From: an uncultured Chlorobiaceae bacterium | Lineage (GTDB): Bacteria > Bacteroidota > Chlorobiia > Chlorobiales > Chlorobiaceae | Length of the DNA stretch: 64,000 nucleotides | Direction of reading: 5' to 3' | Assembly (NCBI GenBank): GCA_903824045.1 | Contig: CAIJVD010000019.1 | Coordinates: 1,758 to 65,757 of the forward strand | Shown here: positions 19,715 to 30,346 of the stretch, one piece after another | Numbering within the stretch: position 1 is the stretch's first letter | Layout: each line of letters opens with the position of its first letter | The notes under the pieces: model-generated | What the model saw: only the letters and a program-made list of their open reading frames with translations | What the model was told of the DNA's origin: nothing | Databases searched by the model: none | Position numbers and translations under genes: made by a program

Positions 19715-19972
19715 TTATTCAAAGAGAAGGGTGTTTTCGTGTTTTTGGGCGTTTACTTCGGTCATCTGCATGATGGAGTTGACCAGCGACTGAGGGGCTT
19801 TGAACTGGATGATTCTCTCCTTGACAATCAGCTTGGTTTTTTTTGCATCTCCCAACTCCTCATTGCATGAACTGCACTCTGAAAGGTGAAGGAGGAACTC
19901 CTGTTCTTCCTTTCTGGTAAGCTCGTTGTCCACAGCGGCACTCATGAGTACGCGGGCTTTTTTGCAATTCAT
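19715..19972 (-). CDS. Cytoplasmic zinc-binding anti-sigma factor (zf-HC2/ZAS)
   Basis: N-terminal Cys plus HLSECSSC (HxxxCxxC); no TM; follows the ECF sigma. Confidence 0.85.
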   Translation of the reverse strand: MNCKKARVLMSAAVDNELTRKEEQEFLLHLSECSSCNEELGDAKKTKLIVKERIIQFKAPQSLVNSIMQMTEVNAQKHENTLLFE

Positions 19973-20015
19973 AGTAAAAAAGGTTTGTGCGTATTGACGG
20001 TTTAATAATCCGGGT

Positions 20016-20645
20016 TTAACGATCCGTGTCCGTTTTGAACCCGTACTTCCTTGCATACTCCTCAAGCTGCGCGCGAAGAAGCTTTCTTCCGCGGTACAAG
20101 CGCGATCTTACAGTGCCGATGGGGCTCTCAACCATGTTGGCGATCTCCTCATAGGTGAACCCTTCGATGTCACATAGCTGTATCACCTCTCTGAACTCCT
20201 CCGGCAGGGATTGCAGTGCCTGATAGACCTCCTCATGCAGGAGGGCGTGAAAATAATCGCTCTCCGCCTCGGTCGTATCGCTCCGGGTGTCCTTGATCGA
20301 ATGATAAAAATCCTTTATGAGGTCATAATCAACCTTGCCAGGCTCTCTCGAGTTTTTGCGAAAACGGTTGATATAGTTGTTTTTCAGGATTTTAAACAGC
20401 CATGCCTTACAGTTTGTTCCCCGCTCAAAGGAATTAAAAAATCTGTATGCCTTGAGATAGGTCTCCTGAACCAGATCCTCCGCATCATCGGGGTTCATGG
20501 TCAAATGAAGCGCATAGTTGTAGAGGGAGTTGAGATGTGCAATCGCTTCATTCTGAAACTCGAGCTGCTTCTGCTGCTCTTCACGGGAGAGCGGTGGCGT
20601 TTTCCCCTTGACTGGCATCTTTGGATTGGAGTTGTCTTTCTTCAT
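20016..20645 (-). CDS. ECF-family RNA polymerase sigma factor
   Basis: [26 protein letters not shown]...[13 protein letters not shown]. Confidence 0.93.
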   Translation of the reverse strand: MKKDNSNPKMPVKGKTPPLSREEQQKQLEFQNEAIAHLNSLYNYALHLTMNPDDAEDLVQETYLKAYRFFNSFERGTNCKAWLFKILKNNYINRFRKNSREPGKVDYDLIKDFYHSIKDTRSDTTEAESDYFHALLHEEVYQALQSLPEEFREVIQLCDIEGFTYEEIANMVESPIGTVRSRLYRGRKLLRAQLEEYARKYGFKTDTDR

Positions 20646-20855
20646 GAGCTGAAATCTTCCGGTTTCAATAAAAACGCGTACTCTTTCAGGGATGGGGAGG
20701 CCCGTAGCCCAAAAATAAATAATTAAAGCATATATTTTAAGCATTTGCAGAACTTCCCTTCAAAAATGGCGCTACGCTTTATTTTCTGCAATCAGCGATC
20801 AGCCGGCAAAGCGTGCGGTCTGGAAGTAAATAGTGCTCAAAAATCATGATGCCTG

Positions 20856-22376
20856 ATGTTACAGAGTGATCCTGTTGATGTGATTGTCATAGGTGCCGGA
20901 ATTGGCGGACTGACAGCGGCCGCGCTGCTTCAGGAACGGGGCATTTCTACGACTGTTTTTGAGAAGAACCGCTTTGCGGGTGGGAGCTGTTCCTCGTTTG
21001 AGCGGGAGGGATATACTTTTGATGCGGGTGCCTCGGTATTTTATGGATTCGGCGACAATGAAAGAGGCGGGACCCTTAACCTGCACACCAGAATTTTCAG
21101 AAAGCTCCAGATTGAGGTCAAGACGGTTCCCGATCCAGTTCAGATTCACTACCATCTTCCAAAAGGGTTCGACATTCCGGCCTATTACGACCGCAAGAGT
21201 TTTCTCGATCAGCTTTCGGCCCGTTTTCCTCATGAGGCAGAGGGGATCAACAGGTTTTACCGTGAACTTGATGAGGTCTATACCATTATCGGATCTCTTC
21301 CGGCGGGATCCCTTGAAGATCTGACGCACCTTGCCTCAATCGGCTTCAACCATCCGCTGAAGGCCATTTCGCTGGCCATGAAGACCTTCCGTTCTATGGG
21401 TAAAACCGCGAGGGAACACATTCGTGATGAGGAGCTGCTTCGCTTTATTGATATCGAGGCCTACTCATGGGCCGTGCAGGACGCCGTGTCGACGCCCCTG
21501 GTCAATGCGGGCATCTGTCTGGCAGATCGCCACCACGGGGGGATAAACTATCCTCTGGGGGGCTCCGGGGCTATTGCGGCAGCACTTGTCCGTGGTTTCG
21601 AGAAGTTCGGCGGCAAGATTCGCTTTAACTCCGGGGTGACCGATATTCTTGTCGAGAATGGCGTGGCCAGGGGCGTGCGGCTTGCTGACGGCTCTGAGCA
21701 TTTTGCAAAAACGGTTATCAGCAACGCGACCGTTTGGGATACCTTCAACCGTCTGATCGACGACTCGCGATACCAGGTTGAGGAGGAGCGGTTTCTGATG
21801 GCGCCGAGCTGGTTCCAGCTCTATCTGGGCGTTGACGGGGCCGTCATCCCGAAAGATTTTTACGTGCACCACATACTGGTCGATGAGTGGGAAAGCTACA
21901 ACCGCCCCGGAGGCACCATCTACTGTTCGGTGCCCTCCATTCTCGACCCCTCGCTTGCCCCCGCAGGCCGCCACTCTGTCCATGCGTTCGTTACCGCGGA
22001 AATGGAGGATTGGGAGCAGTTCGAACGAGGCAGCAGCGCCTATCGTGATGCAAAAGAGTCTCTTGCCGCATCGCTGCTTAAGAGGATGGAGCGGTTCATG
22101 CCGGGACTTTCGGAAGCCATTGAGCTGAAGGTGCTGGCGAGTCCTCTGACCCTCGAGCGATATCTCAACCGCTACAAGGGCTCATACGGTCCGCTTCTGA
22201 AGCCCGGTCAGCACATCCTGCAAAAGCCGCAGAACACCACACCGGTAAAAAATTTGTTTGCCGTGGGTGACAGCGCCTTTCCCGGTCAGGGAGTCATAGC
22301 CGTCACCTACTCGGCGGTCTCATGCGCATCAAGTGTGGCCCGTAAACTCGGAAACCCGCTCGACTACCTGGAGTAG
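20856..22376 (+). CDS. crtH: Carotenoid cis-trans isomerase (CrtH/CRTISO family)
   Basis: GAGIGGL FAD motif, YTFDAGAS, GGINYPLGGSG, GDSAFPGQGV. Confidence 0.85.
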   Translation: MLQSDPVDVIVIGAGIGGLTAAALLQERGISTTVFEKNRFAGGSCSSFEREGYTFDAGASVFYGFGDNERGGTLNLHTRIFRKLQIEVKTVPDPVQIHYHLPKGFDIPAYYDRKSFLDQLSARFPHEAEGINRFYRELDEVYTIIGSLPAGSLEDLTHLASIGFNHPLKAISLAMKTFRSMGKTAREHIRDEELLRFIDIEAYSWAVQDAVSTPLVNAGICLADRHHGGINYPLGGSGAIAAALVRGFEKFGGKIRFNSGVTDILVENGVARGVRLADGSEHFAKTVISNATVWDTFNRLIDDSRYQVEEERFLMAPSWFQLYLGVDGAVIPKDFYVHHILVDEWESYNRPGGTIYCSVPSILDPSLAPAGRHSVHAFVTAEMEDWEQFERGSSAYRDAKESLAASLLKRMERFMPGLSEAIELKVLASPLTLERYLNRYKGSYGPLLKPGQHILQKPQNTTPVKNLFAVGDSAFPGQGVIAVTYSAVSCASSVARKLGNPLDYLE

Positions 22377-22383
22377 CCCGCAA

Positions 22384-23604
22384 CTAAAATGCGGCAAGCA
22401 GCATGTCTATCTCACGGTAGGGGAAATCGGCAAGGTCCGAAAGAATCTGCTTGGTGACATAACCCTTGAAGATATAGGTGCCTTTTCTCAGGCTGTGGCT
22501 TTTCCAGAGAATATCAGAAATAGTCTCGTGCCCGTTGAGTTTCAACAGAAAGGGCAGGAGGGTGTTGGTGAGGGCGAAAGAGGCCGTTTTGGCTACGGCC
22601 GAGGGGATGTTCGGCACGCAGTAGTGGGTAACTCCGTGCTTGACGTATATCGGGTTGGTGTGGGAGGTGTGCCGGCTTGTCGCAAAGCAGGCGCCCTGGT
22701 CGATTGAGACGTCTATGATGACCGATCCCGGCTTCATCGATTTTACCACCTGTTCGGAGACCAGAGGCTTGTTGATTCTTCTTTTCGGGCTCAGCGCCCC
22801 GATCATTACGTCCGAGCTCTTTGCGAGCTGGGCGATGTAGTGATCGTTTGCTATGGCCGTAACAAGATGGCGGTTGAAAAACGCCTCAAACCTTCTCAGC
22901 CGGTTGATCTCCTTGTCGAGAACGGTGACCTGCGCCCCGAGGCCGAGAGCGTCCTGCGCGGCAAAGAGCCCGACGGTTCCAGCCCCGATAATGGTGACGT
23001 GGGCGGGCGGGACTCCGGCAATTCCGCCCAGGAGAATGCCGCTTCCTCCGTATCCTGTTTCAAGGTATTTGGCCGCCGTCTGTATTGCCAGCGATCCGGC
23101 TATTTCGCTCAGCGTTCTGACGACCGGAAGCTCACCGTCCCTGGTTTCAATGAACTCAAAGCCGAGAGCGGTAATGTTTTTTTCCAGAAGCGTTTGCAGG
23201 AGGTGCGGGCTGACGGTTCCGAGATGGAGGGCTGAAATGAGCATCTGGCCGGGATTGAAAAGCGAGAGCTCTTCAGGCTGAGGGGGGGAGACCTTGACGA
23301 TGACGTTTGACTGCTCGAACAACTCTTCAGGCGTTCCGGCAATTGTAGCCCCAGCCTCGGCGTAATCGAGGTCAGTGAAGTTGCAGAAGGTGCCGGCACC
23401 TTTTTCGATGACCACCTTGATGCCCTGTTCGACCAGTATCTGCACCCCTGGCGGCGAAACCGCCACCCTTCGCTCATCCTGTGCCCGTTCTTTCGGAATA
23501 CCAAGAACGATGTTCATGGTTTTTTCAGGCTTTATCAGCCAGCGCTCGAGAGTTTTGGCGCCAAGTTCGAACTCGATATTGCCTATGTCAGAAGAATAAC
23601 CCAT
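22384..23604 (-). CDS. Alanine dehydrogenase-like protein, divergent long paralog
   Basis: AlaDH/PNT fold (ERRVAVSP, SEIAG, GAGTVG, DVSIDQGA, YCVPNIP) but VKVSPP replaces VKVKEP. Confidence 0.8.
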   Translation of the reverse strand: MGYSSDIGNIEFELGAKTLERWLIKPEKTMNIVLGIPKERAQDERRVAVSPPGVQILVEQGIKVVIEKGAGTFCNFTDLDYAEAGATIAGTPEELFEQSNVIVKVSPPQPEELSLFNPGQMLISALHLGTVSPHLLQTLLEKNITALGFEFIETRDGELPVVRTLSEIAGSLAIQTAAKYLETGYGGSGILLGGIAGVPPAHVTIIGAGTVGLFAAQDALGLGAQVTVLDKEINRLRRFEAFFNRHLVTAIANDHYIAQLAKSSDVMIGALSPKRRINKPLVSEQVVKSMKPGSVIIDVSIDQGACFATSRHTSHTNPIYVKHGVTHYCVPNIPSAVAKTASFALTNTLLPFLLKLNGHETISDILWKSHSLRKGTYIFKGYVTKQILSDLADFPYREIDMLLAAF

Positions 23605-23657
23605 CAGGAGTTCCTGGTTGTCGTTTTCCCCGAAAGCTCTCGTAACAGGGGAAAATA

Positions 23658-24269
23658 CTACTTTGCCGTTATTTTTACCCTCTCGATGAGCGGTGTTTTT
23701 TCTGCTGTGCCAGAATATACCGCTTTTGCGCCGCTTAAGAGGAGCGAAGCTGGCAACTGCATGAAGGGGAAGCTCTCCATGAAGCTGCTCACGGCAAACA
23801 TCGATGCGTGAAAAAGCCCGTTGCCGATTTTTCCGAGCGAATCTCCGGGGTTCATCTGGCCGGTGCGGACTCTCTCAAAAAGATTTCCCGCTCCATCAGG
23901 AAGCTTGGTGCGGACATTGTACCCGATTGTCTCGGCGTAGGTAATGAATCCGGGGAGATTGAGCCCGAGCACGATGCGCCGAAGATGTTCTGCTCTTGTG
24001 AGCACTTTCAGATCGCCCTCTCTCTGGATGACGCTCTGGCAGGCAAGTCTCCCGCCCTCCGCAAAGAGTTTTTCGGAAATGAACGCTTTTTCGATGTTGC
24101 TTGGCGCCGACAAGCACTCCGCCCCCTGGCGGACGTAGACGAAGCAACTCTGGCAAATGCCGTTTCCGCCGCAAACGTAGCCGAGATGGCTTTTGTTGAG
24201 CTGCCCTGCATGCAACAGAAGCTGTCCGGTGTGGGCTTCACACGGTTTGTCGTTGATGTGGATAATCAT
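23658..24269 (-). CDS. csmJ: Chlorosome envelope [2Fe-2S] protein CsmJ
   Basis: CGGNGICQSC...RLAC ferredoxin motif plus LGLNLPGFITYAETIGYN tail recalled from CsmJ. Confidence 0.8.
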   Translation of the reverse strand: MIIHINDKPCEAHTGQLLLHAGQLNKSHLGYVCGGNGICQSCFVYVRQGAECLSAPSNIEKAFISEKLFAEGGRLACQSVIQREGDLKVLTRAEHLRRIVLGLNLPGFITYAETIGYNVRTKLPDGAGNLFERVRTGQMNPGDSLGKIGNGLFHASMFAVSSFMESFPFMQLPASLLLSGAKAVYSGTAEKTPLIERVKITAK

Positions 24270-24416
24270 GGTATCATGGCGTTAGAAGTGGAACTATCAA
24301 AACTTTCAGGTCACTGCATTACGTCGTTCTGTCAATAAATCCAGCACGCTCACCTCTTGCATGGGGATGGTCGTCAGCTCCCGGGGGGAGCTGGGCGGAC
24401 GGATTCATACTGGCAG

Positions 24417-24507
24417 CGGTTACTCGTATCCCGAATACGGTTACTCGTATCCCGAATACGGTTACTCGTATCCCGAATACGGTTACTCGTAACCGTATTC
24501 GGGATAC
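24417..24507. repeat. About 3.6 copies of a 21-bp tandem repeat ending in a 19-bp perfect inverted repeat
   Basis: Unit CGGTTACTCGTATCCCGAATA at 24417, 24438, 24459 and partial at 24480; arms 24468-24486 and 24489-24507. Confidence 0.95.
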
Positions 24508-24509
24508 CC

Positions 24510-25103
24510 TCAGGCGGCCACTCCGTTATGAGCACCGAGCGGCATTACCGTTACCTTGGCATGATGTTCACTGTTGCCGTTAGCGCGGCACTCACAGAGC
24601 CCCGGCTTGCAAGATTCCGCTGAAGGCTGGAAGGCACTCACGACAATCTGAAGCGCATCGCCTATGCCGCTGATGACATCTGCAATGAGCTGCCACAGCT
24701 CAAAACTCCTCTCTGCCTGAAAGCGCATGGTATCAGGGAGTTTGACAAGCGCCTCCCATCCCATTGTTGCGGCATATCCCCCAAGCGCCAGCGGATCGGT
24801 CCCGGCCAAGCGCTTTACCTCTTCAACGGCCGAGAGGATTCTTATAGTTCCCGGTTTTTCGATGGTGGTCATGCAGCCCATTCTTGTGCCCTCCTCAAGC
24901 AGTCTGTCGGAGAGGATGGCTGCTTCTGCTTCGCTTACGGGCGAGAGCAGTTCGCGGCCCTCAAGCACCTTGACATAGCAGGTCTGGCAGATGCTGTTGC
25001 CCCCGCAGAAATAGCCTATATGGGCGTGGTTGCTGCGGGCAATGTCGAGCAGCCGGTCACCCTCTTTGGCCTCATAGCTGCGGTTGTTTATCGTGATGTT
25101 CAT
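24510..25103 (-). CDS. csmX: Chlorosome envelope [2Fe-2S] protein CsmX
   Basis: HIGYFCGGNSICQTC...RMGC; MGWEALVK; adjacent to csmJ. Confidence 0.78.
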   Translation of the reverse strand: MNITINNRSYEAKEGDRLLDIARSNHAHIGYFCGGNSICQTCYVKVLEGRELLSPVSEAEAAILSDRLLEEGTRMGCMTTIEKPGTIRILSAVEEVKRLAGTDPLALGGYAATMGWEALVKLPDTMRFQAERSFELWQLIADVISGIGDALQIVVSAFQPSAESCKPGLCECRANGNSEHHAKVTVMPLGAHNGVAA

Positions 25104-25218
25104 GATGGTGTTCGTTTATATTAACAAGACATAAAAAGTCCAGTTAATCGTAACGACATTCCGGCCGCAAAAGTTCACGACCGGAGAGTGAACGTTGCCG
25201 GGTGCGTGTTGATGGCCT

Positions 25219-28200
25219 TCAGGACTCCAGCGGGGCGGGTTGCTCCCTGGATGCCCTGGCAAGCTCCTTGAGGAGGGCCGAATAGCGTCCGATAAGGGCT
25301 GACGGGGTGGTGTCGGCATGCGCGGGATGGTGGAGCGCGAGCTTCATCTTTTTCTCCATCTTGAATGCCGGCTGGTATTTCTGCAAGAGAGGTTCCTGGA
25401 CGGCGATAAAAAGGTGCTGGAAGAAATCCTTGTCGCTCTCGAGGACATCACGCTGATCGGGGAGCTGTATGGTAAAGAGCTTCGGCTGAATGTCGATTTT
25501 TTCGATACCCAGCTCGGCGCATGTGGTTTTAAGCTTGGTCAGGTCGAGCAGATTGGAGAGCTCCTCCGGAAGTTCGCCGAAACGGTCCTTGAGTTCTGCC
25601 GAAATCGCTTCAATCTCACCCTCAGAGCGCGCTTTGGAAATCTTCTCATAAAACGCAAAGCGCTCATGGATGGCATGAATGTAGTAATCGGGAATGAGCG
25701 CATCGAAGAAGAAGAGAAGATCGCAGTTTCTTGCGGTTTTCGGGGCTGTTGAGCCGTCTGCCGGAAAGAGATGGCTGAATGCGGTGGACTTCAGTTCCGC
25801 CACGGTCTCTTCGAGCATTTTCTGATAGAGGTCGAAGCCGAGTTCATGAATGTATCCCGACTGTTCGGCCCCGAGCAGGTTTCCGGCGCCGCGGATATCG
25901 AGGTCACGCAGCGCGATGTTGAATCCCGAGCCGAGTTCGGTGAAGCTTTCGATGACGGCAAGTCGCTGTACCGCGTCCCGTTTAAGGGTGTGCAGGGGCG
26001 GGGCGATAAGATAGCAGAAAGCTTTGCGGTCGCTTCTTCCGACCCTGCCGCGAAGCTGGTAGAGGTCGGAAAGGCCGAACATGTCAGCCCTGTTGATGAT
26101 GATGGTATTGGCATTGGAGATGTCGAGCCCCGAGCCGATGATGGTCGTCGAGATGAGCACATCGATCTCTTTCTGCATGAAATCCATCATGATCTTTTCA
26201 AGCTCTCTGGGAGGCATCTGGCCGTGGGCGAAGACGATGCGCGCAGAGGGGACAAGTTCCCTCAGTTTTTCGAGTACCTCCCCGAGTTCGGCAATGCGGT
26301 TGTGGAGGAAAAATACCTGTCCCTCACGACGGACCTCATTCTGTATGGCCGACTGGATCAGCGCGGGGTCATAGTCGGAAATGACGGTTTCGACCGGCTG
26401 ACGATTTTTCGGAGGGGTCGAGACAATCGAAAGATCCCTTGCTCCGAGCATGGAGAACTGAAGGGTCCGCGGTATCGGGGTTGCCGACATGGTCAGGGTG
26501 TCAACGCCCGGAAACTGCTCGCGAAGCTTCTCCTTGACCTCGACGCCGAAGTGCTGCTCCTCATCAATAACGAGCAGGCCGAGATCCTTGAAATGAACAT
26601 CTTTTGAGACAAGCCGGTGGGTGCCGATGACAATGTCGATCTGGCCGGCCTCAATTTTTTTCAGGAGCTCGAGCTGATCCTTTCGCGTCACGAAGCGGCT
26701 GAGCACTGCTATGGAGATCGGGAAATTCTCAAACCTTCTGGTGAATGATTCTGCATGCTGGTGCGCCAGAATGGTGGTCGGGGTCAGCACGGCAACCTGC
26801 TTTTTCGATTCGACCGCCTTGAATGAGGCTCTCATGGCAATCTCGGTCTTTCCGAAACCCGCATCGCCGCATATCAGGCGATCCATCGGGTGAGGGGCCT
26901 GCATGTCTTTCTTGACCTCTTCGATAGCCTTGTGCTGGTCAGGCGTTTCGTCGAAAATGAAGGACGATTCAAACTCTCTCATGAAGATCGAGTCCGGTCC
27001 GAAAGCAAAGCCCGGCTGCATCTTTCTCTGTGCATAGATCTTGATGAGATTGATTGCAATGTCGCGGATCTTGTTGCGGACCTTCTCTTTTTTGGCGGCC
27101 CATTTCGAGCTGCCGAGCCGTGAGAGGGTGGGCAGAGAGCCCTCGGATGCGGTGTATTTCGAGAGCAGGTTGATGTTCTGCACATTGACGAAAAGCTGGT
27201 CGCCCCCCTCATATTCGACAAGCACGCACTCCTGCTCTGAATTGCCGGCCGTTATGGTTTCCAGCGACTTGAAGATGCCGATACCGTAGTCTTCGTGGAC
27301 CACATAGTCACCCACCTTGAGCTTCTGCAGGTCCTTGAGCGAGATGCCCCTGATCTTCCGCTTGTGGTGGGCCTTGTGGAAGTGGAGCTTGCCGAAGATG
27401 TCTGATTCGGTGTAGAGGTCGATCTCGCCGAAGGTGAAGCCGGTGTGAAGGTTGACGGGTACCCAGCTCGCATCGGGAAAAGCGGGGCCGCCAGAGTTGG
27501 TCATCTCCTCTGAGAGAAAATCGGTCAGCTCTCCAATCTCCCGGCGGGAGGCAGTCGCAAAGACAGGCTTTCTGTTTTTTGAGGATTCGTGCTGCAACAG
27601 AGCGGCGAGCACGCGAAAATTGGCGTTGAGTTTTTTCTGGGCGAGTGACTTGAAGTCAATTGCCGAAGCGGATGTTAACGGCGAGACCTTGATGGTTCTG
27701 AAGCTCGAACAGAGAGCTGATAGGGCATCGTGATTGTCAAGTGCGAGAAATTCCGGAGTGTCGTCGATGAGAATCACCGTCGATGGATCGAGATAGTCGA
27801 AAATGGTGGTGACCGGTCCGGAACTGCCGGGCTCCTTCAGGGTGAAGCTGGCGGTGAGGTCGGCCTCAGAGAGTGTTTTTCCTGAGAGCTGGCTGTTGAT
27901 GTCGAAGAGCCGCAGCGAGGAGAGTGTGTCGCCGAAGAACTCTACCCTGAGAGGCGCTTTCGCCCCGAAAGGGAAGACGTCGATAATGGAGCCGCGGATC
28001 GAGAACTCTCCCTCGTCTTCGACAAACTCTCTCTCTTCGAAGCTGTTTGTCTCAAGAAATCGCTTGAGATTGTTGTAACCGGCCTCCTGGCCCGATTTCA
28101 GATGGAATATCCTCCCTCGAGCCTCCTCCGGCCGGCAGAGCGAAGCATCGAGATCGTCAAAAAAGGAGAGGAATACCGATCTTGAGCCTTTCGAGAGCGT

Positions 28201-28542
28201 CCCGATTGAGAGCGAGAGTTCATCGGAGGTGTTGCAGAGTTTTCCTTCCGGAAGGAGAAGATCGAAATCGTTGTCATAGAGTTCAAAGCTGTTCTGGCCA
28301 CAAAGCAAAAGGAGCGAGACCTTCAGATCGGCAAAGAGCCCGGCGGCCACTATTGGGGCCAGCGATCCCTGCAGGCCGGCAACTTCAATGGGGCTGTGGC
28401 TTCCCTTTTCCGGCGCGGTTTCATCAACAGCTTTTCTCAGAAGGGTATAGGGGGCAGACTGCCTGATGGAGTCAATAAGGAATGCCGGGGTTCTTCTGGT
28501 GACGGATGCGCTTTGGAGCACTGAATCGGATAACGTTTTCAT
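25219..28542 (-). CDS. mfd: Transcription-repair coupling factor
   Basis: CarD-like [43 protein letters not shown] tail. Confidence 0.97.
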   Translation of the reverse strand: MKTLSDSVLQSASVTRRTPAFLIDSIRQSAPYTLLRKAVDETAPEKGSHSPIEVAGLQGSLAPIVAAGLFADLKVSLLLLCGQNSFELYDNDFDLLLPEGKLCNTSDELSLSIGTLSKGSRSVFLSFFDDLDASLCRPEEARGRIFHLKSGQEAGYNNLKRFLETNSFEEREFVEDEGEFSIRGSIIDVFPFGAKAPLRVEFFGDTLSSLRLFDINSQLSGKTLSEADLTASFTLKEPGSSGPVTTIFDYLDPSTVILIDDTPEFLALDNHDALSALCSSFRTIKVSPLTSASAIDFKSLAQKKLNANFRVLAALLQHESSKNRKPVFATASRREIGELTDFLSEEMTNSGGPAFPDASWVPVNLHTGFTFGEIDLYTESDIFGKLHFHKAHHKRKIRGISLKDLQKLKVGDYVVHEDYGIGIFKSLETITAGNSEQECVLVEYEGGDQLFVNVQNINLLSKYTASEGSLPTLSRLGSSKWAAKKEKVRNKIRDIAINLIKIYAQRKMQPGFAFGPDSIFMREFESSFIFDETPDQHKAIEEVKKDMQAPHPMDRLICGDAGFGKTEIAMRASFKAVESKKQVAVLTPTTILAHQHAESFTRRFENFPISIAVLSRFVTRKDQLELLKKIEAGQIDIVIGTHRLVSKDVHFKDLGLLVIDEEQHFGVEVKEKLREQFPGVDTLTMSATPIPRTLQFSMLGARDLSIVSTPPKNRQPVETVISDYDPALIQSAIQNEVRREGQVFFLHNRIAELGEVLEKLRELVPSARIVFAHGQMPPRELEKIMMDFMQKEIDVLISTTIIGSGLDISNANTIIINRADMFGLSDLYQLRGRVGRSDRKAFCYLIAPPLHTLKRDAVQRLAVIESFTELGSGFNIALRDLDIRGAGNLLGAEQSGYIHELGFDLYQKMLEETVAELKSTAFSHLFPADGSTAPKTARNCDLLFFFDALIPDYYIHAIHERFAFYEKISKARSEGEIEAISAELKDRFGELPEELSNLLDLTKLKTTCAELGIEKIDIQPKLFTIQLPDQRDVLESDKDFFQHLFIAVQEPLLQKYQPAFKMEKKMKLALHHPAHADTTPSALIGRYSALLKELARASREQPAPLES

Positions 28543-28630
28543 ATGAAGCTTACAAACCATATTTTCATGCTTGATCCCGGCAAAACGAAACCTTGAAATC
28601 AATCAGCGCTGGCGGGCAAGATTGCTATAT

Positions 28631-29599
28631 ATGGAAAAAATCCTTGAACTGAAAGATCTCAGGACCTGGTATGCCACCCAGAGCGGTATAGCCAAAGCCG
28701 TCGACGGCGTCAGCTTTTCACTTGGGCGCAACAGGACCCTCGGTGTGGTGGGCGAGTCGGGCTGTGGCAAGTCGGTCACCGCGCTCTCGGTCATGCGCCT
28801 CGTGCCGATGCCTCCGGGTTATTTTGCCGGAGGCGAGATTCTCTGGAAGGGTTCCGACCTGCTCAAGCTTTCCGAAGAGGAGATGCGCAAACTCAGGGGC
28901 AATGAGATCGCCATGATCTTTCAGGAACCGATGAGCTCGCTCAATCCGGTCTTTACCTGTGGCAGCCAGATCATGGAGCAGATTCTCATCCATCAGGATA
29001 TCAGCCACGCCGAAGCTAAAAACCGCTCGGTCGAGCTGCTTCACCTTGTCGGAATTCCAAACCCAGCCGAACGTTTCGCCGCCTACCCGCACGAACTTTC
29101 CGGCGGCATGCGCCAGCGCGTCATGATTGCCATGGCTCTCTCCTGCAATCCGGCGCTGCTGATTGCCGACGAGCCCACAACGGCGCTGGACGTGACGGTA
29201 CAGGCCCAGATACTCGACCTGATCGGCAAGCTTCAGTCCGATACTGCCATGAGCGTGATGCTCATTACGCACGACTTCGGGGTTGTTGCCGAGCTGTGCG
29301 AAGAGGTTATCGTCATGTACGCTTCGCGCATCGTCGAGAAAGGCCTGGTGGAGCAGATTTTCAGCAACCCGCTTCACCCCTATACCAGAGGTTTGTTGAA
29401 ATCCATTCCCCGTCTCGGAGCTCCGAAAGAGCGCCTTCATGTCATCGAAGGCAATGTGCCGAGCGCCGTCAACCTCCCTCCGGGATGCCGTTTTGCGGGA
29501 AGATGCCCGCTTGCCGATGATCACTGCCGCCGCGAGCAGCCCGAACTTGCCCTCTATCAGCCAGGCCATGAGGCTGCCTGCTGGAAAGCCGGAGCCTGA
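28631..29599 (+). CDS. Peptide/nickel ABC transporter ATP-binding subunit (OppD/DppD type)
   Basis: [27 protein letters not shown], oligo_HPY tail with Cys cluster. Confidence 0.92.
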   Translation: MEKILELKDLRTWYATQSGIAKAVDGVSFSLGRNRTLGVVGESGCGKSVTALSVMRLVPMPPGYFAGGEILWKGSDLLKLSEEEMRKLRGNEIAMIFQEPMSSLNPVFTCGSQIMEQILIHQDISHAEAKNRSVELLHLVGIPNPAERFAAYPHELSGGMRQRVMIAMALSCNPALLIADEPTTALDVTVQAQILDLIGKLQSDTAMSVMLITHDFGVVAELCEEVIVMYASRIVEKGLVEQIFSNPLHPYTRGLLKSIPRLGAPKERLHVIEGNVPSAVNLPPGCRFAGRCPLADDHCRREQPELALYQPGHEAACWKAGA

Positions 29600-29650
29600 G
29601 AACATTATGGATTCAGAATTTTGGATTATTGAACCCAACCCCTGACCTCC

Positions 29651-30346
29651 ATGCAGGATCCGATGCTCCTTGTTGTCGAGGATGACCGCAACCTTTCCCA
29701 ACTGCTCGTATTCAGTCTTGAACGGGCAGGCTACCGCTGCCAGCTTTCCGAGAGCGCTGAGGATGCTCTGGAGCTGCTCTCAAGGAAAAGTTTTGACCTT
29801 CTTCTGCTCGACGTCATGCTTCCCGGAATGAACGGCTTCGAGCTCTGCCAGAAGATCAAGCAACACCAGCTCTATCAGGAGCTTCCCATCATCATGCTGA
29901 CTGCCAAAGGTGAGGAGATAGACAGGGTGCTGGGTTTCGAACTCGGCATCGACGACTATGTTGTCAAGCCATTCAGCCCCCGTGAGCTCAATTTGCGCAT
30001 CAGGGCAGTGCTCAAGCGCGACCGGCGCCAGAGCGGCAGAGTGCAGGAGGTGCTCAGCGCAGGAGGAATTGATATCGACCTGACGCGCCACCAGGTCATG
30101 CAGGACGGCCATGAGCTGGAGCTGACGCTGATGGAGTTCAAGCTGCTTGTGGCACTCATCAGGAGGCAGGGCGAGGCGCAGTCACGCGAGACACTCCTGA
30201 GCGATGTCTGGGAGTTCGACCGGAGCATCAATACCCGCACCATCGACACCCACATCACCCGTCTGCGCGACAAGCTTGGAGAGAGGGGCAAGATGATCCG
30301 TACTCTCCGGGGGATAGGCTACAAGTTTGAGGAGACAGTCGCATGA
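29651..30346 (+). CDS. OmpR/PhoB family response regulator
   Basis: LLDVMLPG receiver, IDDYVVKPF, winged helix RTIDTHI. Confidence 0.92.
   Translation: MQDPMLLVVEDDRNLSQLLVFSLERAGYRCQLSESAEDALELLSRKSFDLLLLDVMLPGMNGFELCQKIKQHQLYQELPIIMLTAKGEEIDRVLGFELGIDDYVVKPFSPRELNLRIRAVLKRDRRQSGRVQEVLSAGGIDIDLTRHQVMQDGHELELTLMEFKLLVALIRRQGEAQSRETLLSDVWEFDRSINTRTIDTHITRLRDKLGERGKMIRTLRGIGYKFEETVA

Noticed and set aside
24417-24491. CRISPR array
   Set aside because: The 21-bp units are contiguous with no unique spacers, and there are no cas genes
24357-24623. Plus-strand ORF with SRIRLLV repeats
   Set aside because: By-product of the 21-bp repeat; overlaps csmX antisense
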